A stretch of DNA of 50,601 nt. Origin: Thermodesulfobacteriota bacterium (lineage in GTDB: Bacteria; DASVDK01). The notes below the pieces were generated by a model. It searched no databases, was not told the DNA's origin, and saw only the letters and a program-made list of their open reading frames with translations. The stretch spans positions 1 to 50,601 of the forward strand of contig DASVDK010000141.1 of assembly GCA_036381125.1 (NCBI GenBank), written 5' to 3'. A program made the position numbers and the translations under genes. Positions 28,062 through 37,720 of the stretch are shown here, piece by piece; the first letter of the stretch is position 1; every line of letters begins with the position of its first letter.

Positions 28062-28859
28062 TCAGTCGAGCAGCGAGTCGAGCCCGCGCCGCAGGCCCGG
28101 TCGCTCCCCCACTCTGCGGATCGCGAGCAGTGTGCCGGCCACGTACGGCCGTGGGCTCGACCCGGCGTCGTGCCGGATCGTGAGCCGCTCGTCCGGGGCG
28201 CCGAACACCGCCTCGCAGGCGAGCACGTACCCCGGCAGCCGCACCGAGTGCACGCGCGTGCGGCCGACCTCGGCCCCGCGCGCCTCCCGCGGGCCGAAGA
28301 GGTGCTCGATCGGGACGGAGGTCGGGTCCTGGCGCACCTCCGAGAGCCGCTCGGCCAGTTCCCGCGCCGTGCCGCTCGGCACGTCCGGCTTGCCGGCCGA
28401 GGCGTAGTCGAGCACCTCGACGTCGGCGACGTAGCGCGCCGCCATGAGGGCGAAGCGCTGCATGAGCGTCGCCGTGATGGAGAAGTTGCCGGCGGCGAGG
28501 ACGCCGACGCCGCGATCCCGGGCGGCGCGATCGATCTCCTCGTAGTCGGCGGCGGTGAGCCCCGAGGTGCCCACCACGACCGACCGGCCCGCGGCGACGG
28601 CGGCCAGCACGTGGCCCTTCACGGCGTCGGGCCTCGTGTAGTCCACGACCACGTCGCTCGGCGTGGCGAGCGCCTCGGCAAGGGTCGGCACGACCGTCAC
28701 CCCCAGTGGCGATCCGCCGGTCGCGACACCGACGTCTTGCCCGGCCGCACCGCGGGCAACCGCGGCGGCGAGCGTGAGGTCGGGCGCCTCCGCCACGGCG
28801 CGCACCAGCTCGCGTCCCACCCACCCGGTCGCCCCCCCCAGCGTCACGGCAATGGTCAT
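28062..28859 (-). CDS. dapB: 4-hydroxy-tetrahydrodipicolinate reductase
   Basis: GATGWVG, VVDYT, VVGTSG, NFSI, KPDVPSGTA, HSVRLPG, IRHDA. Confidence 0.88.
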   Translation of the reverse strand: MTIAVTLGGATGWVGRELVRAVAEAPDLTLAAAVARGAAGQDVGVATGGSPLGVTVVPTLAEALATPSDVVVDYTRPDAVKGHVLAAVAAGRSVVVGTSGLTAADYEEIDRAARDRGVGVLAAGNFSITATLMQRFALMAARYVADVEVLDYASAGKPDVPSGTARELAERLSEVRQDPTSVPIEHLFGPREARGAEVGRTRVHSVRLPGYVLACEAVFGAPDERLTIRHDAGSSPRPYVAGTLLAIRRVGERPGLRRGLDSLLD

Positions 28860-29066
28860 GGGACGACGCTACTGGAGGACGAACCGCATGTCCACCAGAG
28901 GATCCGCGAGCGTCTCCGACCCGCGGCCCGGTCCCCGACCAGCCGCCTGCCTGCAGGGCGGATCGATACGCTGGCAGCCGGTCGATCCTGGTCGACGAAG
29001 ACGAAGGTGGAGCCCGGCGGCACGAGGCGCGGGGCGGACCCGCTTCGGCCCGTGGAACCGGCCGTC

Positions 29067-29115
29067 TGGAAAATGGAAAGACCTGACCCCATGGAAAATG
29101 GAAAGACCTGACCCC
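29067..29115. repeat. Tandem duplication of a 24-bp REP-like unit
   Basis: TGGAAAATGGAAAGACCTGACCCC at 29067-29090 and 29092-29115, abutting the stop codon of the LarA-domain gene. Confidence 0.85.
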
Positions 29116-30446
29116 TAGGAGCGGCGCTCGTCCGTCCACGGCGCTCGCCCGTGCCGGGTCCGCGGGGCCGGCAGGTCGGCGAGGCGGCCGTCGGCCCCGA
29201 AGGCCATCGGCTCCGCCTCGGCGAGCGGCTCGATCTCGGGGTGGTGGCGCCCTTCAGCCTGCCAGAGCGCCTCGGACACCCAGAACGTCTCGAGCTCGAG
29301 CGTGGAGCCGATCCGCACGAGGCGGGGGGCGCTCCGGTCGACGCCGGGAGCGGTGAGCAGGGCGAGGGCGATCGCCTCCCGGTCGGTCGGCACCCAGAGC
29401 GGCGTGCGCGCGGCGTCGAGCGACTGCGAGGCGACCGCGTTGGTCCACCCCTTCTGGTAGTCGATCGACTCGACCACGTCGCGCGTCGTGATGTCCGCGA
29501 CGCCGAGGCCGTGCGCGTTGCCGTGCGTCCGCTCGGTGAGGCGGAGCACCACGATGCGCTGGGGCGCGAGCGGATCGACCCCGAGGTGACGGGCGGTGTG
29601 GCGGCGGGTCACGTTGGGGTCCATGCCGGTGCCGCTCACGTCCTTGCCGATCCGGTCGACGATCAGCACGTCGAGCCGGTCGAAGGGGATCCGCGGCAGG
29701 AGGGCGCGGGCCCGCTCGAGCAGCTCCGGCTCGCGCGCGGCGATCGCCTCCCCCGGCACCAGCTCCACGAGGGCCACCTCGTCGCGGGCGTTCTCGACGG
29801 TGGCGAGCCCGCCGAGGACGCGGACCTCCCGGAGGACCACGTCGAGCGCCGCCGGGATGGTGTCCGCGAGGCGGTCCATCCCCCGCTGGTGCAGCTCGGT
29901 CGCCCCGGCGTGCTTGCCGAAGCCGACGGTGAGCATCTTCGCGAGCCCGCTCTCGAAGCGCCCGTGGAAGCTCGTGTGCGGCTTGACGCGGTTGACGACC
30001 AGCACGGCGTCGGCCGCGAGCGCCGCCCGGCCGAAGTGCACGGGCAGGTCTCCATCGGCCACGCCGATCCGCACGGTCTCCATCGAAGGATCGATCGGCG
30101 CGCCGACCGACTCGGGCGTGACGCCGTACTCGGCCAGGACCCGGAGCTGCCCCTCGGGCGTGGCGCCGCCGTGGCTCCCCATCGCGGGCATGACGATCGG
30201 CCTTGCGCCGCGCGCCTCGAGCGCCTCGACGGTCGCCCGGACGAGCGCCGCGAGCGAGGCGAGCCCCCGGCTGCCGACGCCGATCGCCACGGTCATCCCG
30301 GGCCGGATGCGCCCGTCGAGCTTCGCCATCTCGCGGCGCACCGCCGCCGCCACGTCGGCCTCCCGTGTGGCGTCGAAACGCTGGCGGACGTGCCGCCAGG
30401 CCGGCAGCGGGAAGTCGAGCGGTTCGCTCGTGATGGTGAACGGCAT
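29115..30446 (-). CDS. Lactate racemase (LarA)-domain protein, paralog 2
   Basis: Same motif series as 26001-27323: PAMGSHGG, NRVKPHTSF, ESGLAKML, GKDVSGTGMDPNV, HGNAHGLG. Confidence 0.8.
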   Translation of the reverse strand: MPFTITSEPLDFPLPAWRHVRQRFDATREADVAAAVRREMAKLDGRIRPGMTVAIGVGSRGLASLAALVRATVEALEARGARPIVMPAMGSHGGATPEGQLRVLAEYGVTPESVGAPIDPSMETVRIGVADGDLPVHFGRAALAADAVLVVNRVKPHTSFHGRFESGLAKMLTVGFGKHAGATELHQRGMDRLADTIPAALDVVLREVRVLGGLATVENARDEVALVELVPGEAIAAREPELLERARALLPRIPFDRLDVLIVDRIGKDVSGTGMDPNVTRRHTARHLGVDPLAPQRIVVLRLTERTHGNAHGLGVADITTRDVVESIDYQKGWTNAVASQSLDAARTPLWVPTDREAIALALLTAPGVDRSAPRLVRIGSTLELETFWVSEALWQAEGRHHPEIEPLAEAEPMAFGADGRLADLPAPRTRHGRAPWTDERRS

Positions 30447-30455
30447 GGCGCACTC

Positions 30456-32243
30456 CTAGCCCGCGATCCGCGCCTCCTCGGCGTCGCGGAACTGGCGGCG
30501 GTAGAGCCGCTCGTAGAGGCCGCCCCGGGCGAGGAGCGCGTCGTGCGTCCCCTCCTCCACCACGCGGCCCCGGTCGAGGACGACGAGGCGATCGGCCCGC
30601 CGGACGGTGGAGAGCCGGTGGGCGATGATGAGCGTCGTGCGGCCGGCGAGGAGCCGCTCGATGGCCTCCTCGACGAGCCGCTCGCTCTCGGCGTCGAGGC
30701 TGCTCGTGGCCTCGTCGAGGATGAGGATCGCCGGGTCCTTGAGGATCACGCGCGCGATGGCGATCCGCTGGCGCTGGCCGGCCGAGAGCGTGACGCCGCG
30801 CTCGCCGACGAGGGTCGCGTACCGGTCGGGGAGCCGCTCCACGAACTCCGCCACGTGCGCGGCGCGTGCCGCCTCGGCGATCTCGGCGTCGCTCGCCGAA
30901 GGCCGCCCGTAGGCGATGTTGTCGCGGATCGTGCCGCTGAAGAGCGCCGGCTCCTGCGGCACCAGGCCGATGGCCCCGCGCAGGTCGGCGAGCCGCAGGC
31001 GCCGGACGTCGACGCCGTCGAGGGTGACCTGTCCCTCCGTGGGGTCGAAGAAGCGCGGCACGAGCGAGGCGAAGGTGCTCTTGCCCGCGCCGGACGGCCC
31101 GACGAGCGCCACCACCTGACCCGGCGCGATCGTGACGCTCACGTCGCGGAGCGCCCAGGGGGCCTCCCCCTCCCCGTAGCGGAACGACACGCGCTCGAAG
31201 CGCACCTCCCCGCGCAGCGGCGCCGGCAGCGGCACCGGGCGGGACGGGTCGGCCACCACCGGCGCCACGCCGAGCAGCTCGAAGACGCGCGACGCCGCGC
31301 CCACGGCCTCCTGGTACCCGGTGAAGTAGCCGGCCAGCGCCCCCACGGCGCCGGCCACGTACACCGTATAGAGGAGGAACGAGACCAGCTCGCCGGCCGT
31401 GAGGCTCCCGGCGAGGACCAGGCGCCCCCCCTGCCAGAGGACGGCGAGGCAGCCGGCGAACGTGGCGAACGTCACGGCGGCGAAGAAGAGCCCCCGCACG
31501 CGGGCCCGGCGCATCGCCGTCCGGAGCGAGGCATCCACGCGGGCGTCGAACCGCACGGTCTCGTCCGCCTCCCGCACGAAGCTCTGCACCACGCGGATCT
31601 GACCGAACACCTCGTCCGCGAGCGCCACCGCGTCGGCCACGCGGTCCTGCACGGCGCCGCTCACGCGGCTGAGGCGCCGGCCGAAGAGGAGCGCGACGCC
31701 GGCGACGAGCGGGCCCACGGCCAGGGCTGCCACGGTGAGCTGCCGGTGGGCGACGGCGAGCAGCACGACGCCGCCGATGAACGTGAGCCCCTGCCGGACG
31801 AAGCCCGAGAGCTGCTGCGAGAGGAAGGCCTGCAGGAAGCCGACGTCGGCGGCCAGCCGGCTCGTGAGCTCGCCCGTCCGCCGCGTCGCGAAGAAGCCGG
31901 GCGGCAGCCGGACGAGGTGTGCGAACAGGTCGCGCCGCAGGCCGGCCACGACCCGCTCGGCCGCGCCCGAGAGCAGGTAGGCCTGGACGAACACCACCCC
32001 GGCCTGCAGGACGAGGAGCCCCGCCAGGAGCAGCGTGAGCCGGTTGAGCTGGCCGCCATCGCCCGCCAGGAACGCCGAGTCGAGGAGCCGGCGGATGAAG
32101 AGCGGGAAGACGAGCGTGACCGCCGTGCTCGCCAGGACGCAGACGGCCGCCGCCGCGAGCGGCCAGGCCTCGGGGCGGACGCGCCGCCAGAACGGCGCGA
32201 GGGCGGCCGGCGAGGGGAGCCGGCGGCGCCCCGAGGCGGTCAC
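30456..32243 (-). CDS. ABC exporter, fused permease/ATPase (MsbA-like)
   Basis: TM domain, GPSGAGKST, LSAGQRQR, ILDEATSSLD, IAHRLST; GTG overlaps the upstream TGA. Confidence 0.93.
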   Translation of the reverse strand: MTASGRRRLPSPAALAPFWRRVRPEAWPLAAAAVCVLASTAVTLVFPLFIRRLLDSAFLAGDGGQLNRLTLLLAGLLVLQAGVVFVQAYLLSGAAERVVAGLRRDLFAHLVRLPPGFFATRRTGELTSRLAADVGFLQAFLSQQLSGFVRQGLTFIGGVVLLAVAHRQLTVAALAVGPLVAGVALLFGRRLSRVSGAVQDRVADAVALADEVFGQIRVVQSFVREADETVRFDARVDASLRTAMRRARVRGLFFAAVTFATFAGCLAVLWQGGRLVLAGSLTAGELVSFLLYTVYVAGAVGALAGYFTGYQEAVGAASRVFELLGVAPVVADPSRPVPLPAPLRGEVRFERVSFRYGEGEAPWALRDVSVTIAPGQVVALVGPSGAGKSTFASLVPRFFDPTEGQVTLDGVDVRRLRLADLRGAIGLVPQEPALFSGTIRDNIAYGRPSASDAEIAEAARAAHVAEFVERLPDRYATLVGERGVTLSAGQRQRIAIARVILKDPAILILDEATSSLDAESERLVEEAIERLLAGRTTLIIAHRLSTVRRADRLVVLDRGRVVEEGTHDALLARGGLYERLYRRQFRDAEEARIAG

Positions 32244-34129
32244 CGCGCCGACTCGAGCACCGCGGCCGGCCGCTCCGGCGCCGCCTCGACGCGGGTGCTC
32301 GGGACGAGCCTGTCGAGCGCCATGGCCGCGAAGAGGAGCGCCAGGTAGAGAAGCGAGAAGCGGTAGAGCCTCCCCGCGGTCGGCTGCAGCGACTCCGACC
32401 GGATGAGCTTCACGCAGTACCAGATGAGCCTGAGGCCGAGGAGCATGGCTGCCGTGGCGTAGAGCGCCCCGAAGGCGCCGAAGAGGCTCGGGACGAGCGT
32501 GAGCGGCACGAGCATGACGGCGTACAGGAGCATCTGCCACTTCGTCTCGCGCTCGCCGCGCACGACCGGGAGCATCGGGACGCCGGCGCGCGCGTAGTCG
32601 TCCTGCTTGAGGAGCGCGAGCGCCCAGAAGTGCGGCGGGGTCCAGTAGAAGACGATGGCGAAGAGGTAGATGGCCGCCAGGTCGATGGTGCCCGAGCCGG
32701 CCGCCCAGCCGACGAGCGGCGGGAAGGCGCCGGCCGCGCCGCCGAGGACGATGTTGAGCGGCGTCGACCGCTTGAGCCACATGGTGTAGATGAAGACGTA
32801 GTAGAGCAGTCCCGCCAGGGCGAGCCAGGCCGAGAGCGGGTTCACGAACGCCCAGAAGGCGGCGAAGGCGGCCAGGCCCTGCACGACGCCGAACGCCAGC
32901 GCCGCGCGAGGGGCGATGCGCCCGGAGGGGATCGGCCGCCAGGCGGTCCGCCCCATGACGTGGTCGATGTCGCGGTCGAACCACATGTTGATCGTGTTCG
33001 CGCCGCCCGCCATGAGGTAGCCGCCGACGAGCGTCCAGAAGACCACCGAGGCCGACGGCACGTCCGGGCTCGCGACGAAGAGCGGGATGATCGTCGTGAG
33101 GAGCAGGAGCGAGATGATGCGCGGCTTCGTGAGGGCCACGAGGTCGGACGCGACCCGGCGAAACCCCGACGCCGCCGGCGAGGGTTCGCGCGGCACGGTC
33201 GCCACCTCGCCCTCGGGCTGATCGGTGGCGTGCCCGGCGGTGTGCACGAGCACCACGAGAACCGCCCAGAGTCCGGTGCCGACCGCCAGGTGCAGGGCGC
33301 GCAGCGAGGGCGGCAGGAAGTGCGCGACCATGGCGGCGGCGACGATGACCTGCAGGCCCGTGAGGGCGAGCACCGAGAAGGCCGCGGCGGCGAGCGCCGG
33401 CCCCTCGCGCCGCACGCGGAGCGCGAAGACCAGCGCCCAGGCCGCGAACGCGTACGCGATCATCCGGTGGGCCCAGTGGACCACCACGGGCACGGCGAAG
33501 GCCGGGTTCGGCAGCCAGGAGCCGTTGCAGAGCGGGAAGCCCTGGCAGGCCGGCCCCGCGTCGAGGTTGGCGACGAGCGCGCCGGCCAGCACCGCGACGA
33601 ACCCGAGCCCCGCGGTCCACCCGGCCGCGCGGCGCGCCGGCGAGGCCCGCCCCTCCCGCGGGGCGTCGGCGGCCTCGCCCGCCCGCAGGGCGACCAGGAT
33701 GAACGCCGCGAGGATGAGCATGGCGTTCGCGAGGTGGAGCACCACCGACCAGGCCGGCAGCTCGAGCTTGACCGTGACGGCGCCGAGCAGGACCTGCACG
33801 ACGAGCAGCACGACCGCCCAGGTGGCGGGCCGCAGGAGCCCCCCGTCGCGCCGGTACCGGAGCCACGCGAGCGCCGCCACGGCGAAGGTCACCGCGCTCA
33901 CGAGCGCGGCCGCGAGCCGGTGCCCCCACTCGATGAACGTCGGCAGGTCCATCGGCGGGATCAGGTGGCCGTTGCAGAGCGGCCAGTGGTCCCCGCACCC
34001 CATGCCGGAGCCGGTGATGCGGACGACGCCGCCGAAGACGATGAGCGCGTAGGTCGAGAGGACCGCGGCCCAGGCAAGCCACCGGAAGGCGAAGCCGGCG
34101 CGGCGCGGGGTACGAGCGTGCGTGGACAT
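32240..34129 (-). CDS. Fused heme A synthase (CtaA) and protoheme IX farnesyltransferase (CtaB/CyoE)
   Basis: N-half GSGMGCGDHWPLCNG, EWGHR; C-half LTKPRI, DRDIDHVMGRT..RP, YTMWLKR, FYWTPPHFWAL, DYARAGVPM. Confidence 0.93.
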   Translation of the reverse strand: MSTHARTPRRAGFAFRWLAWAAVLSTYALIVFGGVVRITGSGMGCGDHWPLCNGHLIPPMDLPTFIEWGHRLAAALVSAVTFAVAALAWLRYRRDGGLLRPATWAVVLLVVQVLLGAVTVKLELPAWSVVLHLANAMLILAAFILVALRAGEAADAPREGRASPARRAAGWTAGLGFVAVLAGALVANLDAGPACQGFPLCNGSWLPNPAFAVPVVVHWAHRMIAYAFAAWALVFALRVRREGPALAAAAFSVLALTGLQVIVAAAMVAHFLPPSLRALHLAVGTGLWAVLVVLVHTAGHATDQPEGEVATVPREPSPAASGFRRVASDLVALTKPRIISLLLLTTIIPLFVASPDVPSASVVFWTLVGGYLMAGGANTINMWFDRDIDHVMGRTAWRPIPSGRIAPRAALAFGVVQGLAAFAAFWAFVNPLSAWLALAGLLYYVFIYTMWLKRSTPLNIVLGGAAGAFPPLVGWAAGSGTIDLAAIYLFAIVFYWTPPHFWALALLKQDDYARAGVPMLPVVRGERETKWQMLLYAVMLVPLTLVPSLFGAFGALYATAAMLLGLRLIWYCVKLIRSESLQPTAGRLYRFSLLYLALLFAAMALDRLVPSTRVEAAPERPAAVLESAR

Positions 34130-34243
34130 GGACCCTCGGGGAGGCGTACGGGACGCCGGTCGGGGAAACAGCAGAACGGTAGCGGAGGGCCTACGGGAGG
34201 TCAAGCCGGGCGGCGCCGGGGCGGGCGCGCCGCGCCCGGCCGG

Positions 34244-35191
34244 TCACGAATCGGTCCAGCGGGCCTTGATGCGGTTCAGGTTGTTGTAGAACGCCACCCG
34301 GTCGCACTGGTAGACGACCCGGATCCCCGACGGGCCGAGGTCGATCCCCTCGGCGGCGAGCGCCGCCTTGATGCGGCCGACCAGCTCGCGGTCGACGGCC
34401 CAGTGCTGGTTCGGCAGGATGCGCACCGTGGCCCGCACGAAGGGGGGGGCGCCCGACGGCAGCGGCCGGGTCACGTGCGGCGGCGCGAGGATCACGTCCA
34501 GCTCCTCGTCGAGCCGCCGCCCGACGGCGCCGACCAGCGCCTCGACCCGGTCGAGCGCCTCGGCCTTCTCGGGGAAGACGTCCACGAGCGCCTCGGTGAA
34601 GCCCTTCGGGTAGTTGCCGACCTGCAGCACCGTGCGGTTCGGGATGAGCCGGAGGGCGCCGTTCACGTCGCGCACGCGCGTCACGCGGATGCCGACCTCC
34701 TCGACGAAGCCCGAGACGGGGCCGATCTCGACGAAGTCGCCCACGGCGTACTGCTTCTCGACGAGGACGAAGAGGCCGGTGACCACGTCCTGGACGAAGC
34801 CCTGCGAGCCGAAGCCGATGGCGATGGCCACGAGCCCGCCCGCGCCCACCAGGAACGGCGACGGATCGAGGCCGAACCGCGCGAGGACCACGACCACGGC
34901 CAGCACGTAGATCCCGTAGGCGACGGCGCTCCTCAGGAACTGCCGCACCGTGGCGACCTGCTTGGGGTCGACCTCGAGGCGGGCGATCCGCTCCGGAAGC
35001 GTGACGCGCAGCACCAGCCGGCTCGCGACCGCCACCGCGAGCCGGGCGACGAGCGCCACGGCGAGGACGAAGAGGATCGGATCGAGCCAGTCCATCATCC
35101 GGCGGGCCGCGTCGGCGGCGAGGACGAGCGGCTCGTCGAAGGCCCTCACGATCGCCTCGATCACCTGCGGGACGCGGGGACCGTCTTCCAT
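34244..35191 (-). CDS. MscS-family mechanosensitive channel
   Basis: AIGFGSQGFVQDVVTG, YAVGDFV, GFVEEVGIRVT, IPN. Confidence 0.88.
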   Translation of the reverse strand: MEDGPRVPQVIEAIVRAFDEPLVLAADAARRMMDWLDPILFVLAVALVARLAVAVASRLVLRVTLPERIARLEVDPKQVATVRQFLRSAVAYGIYVLAVVVVLARFGLDPSPFLVGAGGLVAIAIGFGSQGFVQDVVTGLFVLVEKQYAVGDFVEIGPVSGFVEEVGIRVTRVRDVNGALRLIPNRTVLQVGNYPKGFTEALVDVFPEKAEALDRVEALVGAVGRRLDEELDVILAPPHVTRPLPSGAPPFVRATVRILPNQHWAVDRELVGRIKAALAAEGIDLGPSGIRVVYQCDRVAFYNNLNRIKARWTDS

Positions 35192-35245
35192 GACGACAGG
35201 AGTCTAGCGCGCCTTTTTCTTGGGCGGCCGCTCGGCCGGGCGGGG

Positions 35246-35251
35246 TATAAT
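35246..35251 (+). promoter_or_regulatory. Sigma70 -10 element for the XRE-cupin gene
   Basis: Perfect TATAAT in a GC-rich divergent intergenic region; no clear -35. Confidence 0.5.
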
Positions 35252-35277
35252 CGGGTTCGTTGCACTGGAGAACGCCC

Positions 35278-35886
35278 GTGAAGCTCGGCCGCAAGATCAA
35301 GCGCGTGCGGACAGGCAAGGGCATCACGATCCAGGACATCGCGGAGCGCTCGGGGCTGTCGAAGGGGTTCCTGTCGCAGGTGGAGAACGACAAGACCTCG
35401 CCCTCCCTGAACACCCTCGAGCGGATCGCGGACGCTCTCGAAACCCCGCTGACCTACCTGCTCCTCGGCGAGCGGCAGCAGCCGACCCTCGTACGTCGGG
35501 GCGAGCGTCAGGTGCTCATCGACGAGGCGAGCCAGGGACGCGTCGAGTACCTGTCGCCCATCTCGGGGCGCTCGCTGCAGCTCGTCGTCGTCGAGCTGCC
35601 GGCCGGGTGCGCCGTGGGGGACGACGCGCACGCGCACGAGGGCGAGGAGGCCTGCTGGGTCCTCGCCGGCAGCGTGCGGATGCGCCAGGGGGAGTACGGC
35701 GCGGTGCTCGCCGAGGGCGACGCGTACCACTGGGACGCCAGCGTCCCGCACATCATCGAGAACCCTGGTCCCGCCCCCGCACGCCTGCTCGTCGCCATGA
35801 CGCCGCCCGCCGCGATGCGCGTCGTGCCGATCCACCAGCTCGACGCCGCGATCCAGGCCCTCCCCACCGCTTCCCGGGTCGCGTAG
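35278..35886 (+). CDS. XRE-family transcriptional regulator with cupin domain
   Basis: IAERSGLSKGFLSQVEN..SPS HTH; HAHEGEE and GDAYHWDASVPH cupin motifs. Confidence 0.92.
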   Translation: MKLGRKIKRVRTGKGITIQDIAERSGLSKGFLSQVENDKTSPSLNTLERIADALETPLTYLLLGERQQPTLVRRGERQVLIDEASQGRVEYLSPISGRSLQLVVVELPAGCAVGDDAHAHEGEEACWVLAGSVRMRQGEYGAVLAEGDAYHWDASVPHIIENPGPAPARLLVAMTPPAAMRVVPIHQLDAAIQALPTASRVA

Positions 35887-35898
35887 CCGCCCCGCGCG

Positions 35899-37281
35899 TC
35901 AGTCGCGCTCCCGCGCGAGGTTCTCGAAGGCGGTGAACTGCCCCAGGAAGGCGAGGCGGACGAAGCCGGTGGGCCCGTTGCGCTGCTTGCCGACGATGAT
36001 CTCCGCGACCCCCCTGTCTTCCGTGTCCGGGTGATAGACCTCGTCGCGGTAGACGAAGAGGATCACGTCGGCGTCCTGCTCGATGGCGCCCGACTCCCGC
36101 AGGTCGGATAGCTGGGGCCGCCGATCGCTGCGCGACTCGACCTGACGGTTGAGCTGCGAGAGCGCCACGACCGGCACCGACAGCTCCTTGGCGATCGCCT
36201 TGAGCGTCCGCGAGATGTCCGAGATCTCCTGCTCGCGCCGCTCCACGTTCGGGCGCCCCCGGAGGAGCTGCAGGTAGTCCACGACGATGAGCCCGAGCTG
36301 ATGCTCGGCCTTGAGGCGGCGTGCCTTGGCGCGAAGCTCGGTCACCGGGAGCGCCGGGGTGTCGTCGACGAAGATCGGCGCGCGCGCGAGCGTGCCGGCG
36401 GCGCGCGTGAGGCGGGGCCACTCCTCGCGGCCGAGGGCGCCGCTGCGGAGCTTGCCGAACTCGATCCTCGCCTCCGTGCCGAGGAGGCGGAAGGCGATCT
36501 GCTCCCTCGCCATCTCGAGCGAGAAGACCGCCACCGGCACCTGCGCCTCCACCGCCGCGTAGCGAGCGATGTTGAGGCAGAAGGCGGTCTTGCCCATGGA
36601 CGGCCGCCCGGCCACGATGATCAGGTCCGAGGGCTGCAGACCGGCGGTCATCTTGTCGAGGTCGACGAACCCGGTCGGCACGCCGGTGACCAGCTCCTTG
36701 CGCTCGTAGAGCCGCTCGATCTGCCGGAAGGCGCTCCGCACCGCCTCGCGCGCCGGGAGGAACGACACCCGGATCCGGTCCTCGCTGATCTTGAAGATCG
36801 CCTGCTCGGCGTCGCGCAGGAACGGCTCCGCCTCGCCCTCGTGGTCGTACGCCCGCTCGGCGATGCCGGTGGCGGTCTCGATGAGCCGCCGCACGATCGC
36901 CTTCTCCTTCACGATCCGCGCGTAGTACGCGACGTTGGCGGCCGTCGGCACGCCCTCGGCGAGGTACGTCAGATAGGCGAGCCCGCCGGCCGCCTCGAGC
37001 TGACCCTGGCTCTCGAGCGCCTTGCCGAGCGTGATGAGGTCGACCGCCTCGTTGCGCTCGAAGAGCGCCGTCATGGTCTCGAAGATGAGGCCGTGCGCCG
37101 CGCGGTAGAAGTCGGCGGCGGAGACGAGGTCGCGCGCCGCGGGCAGGGCGTCGGGGTCGATGAGCAGGCCGCCCAGGAGGGCGCGCTCCGCATCGAGGTT
37201 GTGCGGCAGGCCCTTCTCGAGGAGCCCGGTCCGGAGGGGCACTGGCCTCGGGCGCTCTGCGTCGCGCGGGGCGAGGGTCAC
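35899..37281 (-). CDS. dnaB: Replicative DNA helicase
   Basis: PHNLDAE, GRPSMGKT, FSLEM, VVDYLQL, LSQLNR, DLRESGAIEQDAD, KQRNGPTG; GTG 37281 after CAGGAG. Confidence 0.97.
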   Translation of the reverse strand: MTLAPRDAERPRPVPLRTGLLEKGLPHNLDAERALLGGLLIDPDALPAARDLVSAADFYRAAHGLIFETMTALFERNEAVDLITLGKALESQGQLEAAGGLAYLTYLAEGVPTAANVAYYARIVKEKAIVRRLIETATGIAERAYDHEGEAEPFLRDAEQAIFKISEDRIRVSFLPAREAVRSAFRQIERLYERKELVTGVPTGFVDLDKMTAGLQPSDLIIVAGRPSMGKTAFCLNIARYAAVEAQVPVAVFSLEMAREQIAFRLLGTEARIEFGKLRSGALGREEWPRLTRAAGTLARAPIFVDDTPALPVTELRAKARRLKAEHQLGLIVVDYLQLLRGRPNVERREQEISDISRTLKAIAKELSVPVVALSQLNRQVESRSDRRPQLSDLRESGAIEQDADVILFVYRDEVYHPDTEDRGVAEIIVGKQRNGPTGFVRLAFLGQFTAFENLARERD

Positions 37282-37321
37282 GCGGCGGTCTCCTGCGATG
37301 GGGGGCGCGGGTCGTCGACGA

Positions 37322-37349
37322 AGTATAGGGTACCTCGCCCCCCTTGCCA
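37322..37349 (-). promoter_or_regulatory. Putative sigma70 promoter of dnaB
   Basis: TGGCAA, 16 bp, TATACT about 40 bp upstream of the dnaB start. Confidence 0.55.
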
Positions 37350-37720
37350 GCGGCACGGCGGAGCACCGCAGGCAAGTCGCGGGAATGCGCCCCGCGATCG
37401 CCTCCACGATGGCGGGCACCGACTCGTCGAACCGGTCGCCCGGGCAGGTGGCCGGGCGGCCGCGCCGGTGCTCGCGCGTCCAGGCCTCGAAGGCGTCCGG
37501 CCCGCCGACGTAGAGCACTCGCGCCGCCGTCACGGCGATCGGACCCCAGACGCGGCGGTCCTCGGGGGGTCGGCGCGACGCCGACGACCACGACGACCGG
37601 GGCCCGGTCGACGGCCTCCGCGTACCGCGCCTGGAGACGCCCGAGCACGGCCGGCGCGGGCGGCCGCCTCCTCGAAGAGGCAGTCGTGGTCGAGCGACGC
37701 GAAGCGGACGGCCGGCGGCG

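Noticed and set aside
29067-29115. Direct repeat as a possible CRISPR array
   Set aside because: Only two copies, separated by 1 bp; no spacers and no cas genes.
29151-35281. Very long Arg/Pro/Gly-rich ORFs (e.g. 29151-32348 +, 32630-35281 +, and similar ones throughout the window)
   Set aside because: Shadow or alternate frames of recognisable genes; expected in high-GC DNA with few stop codons, and no motifs.
37282-37533. 84-aa N-terminal extension of DnaB in the ORF track
   Set aside because: A promoter-like TATACT and an RBS lie inside the extension and point to the GTG at 37281; no intein is seen in dnaB either.
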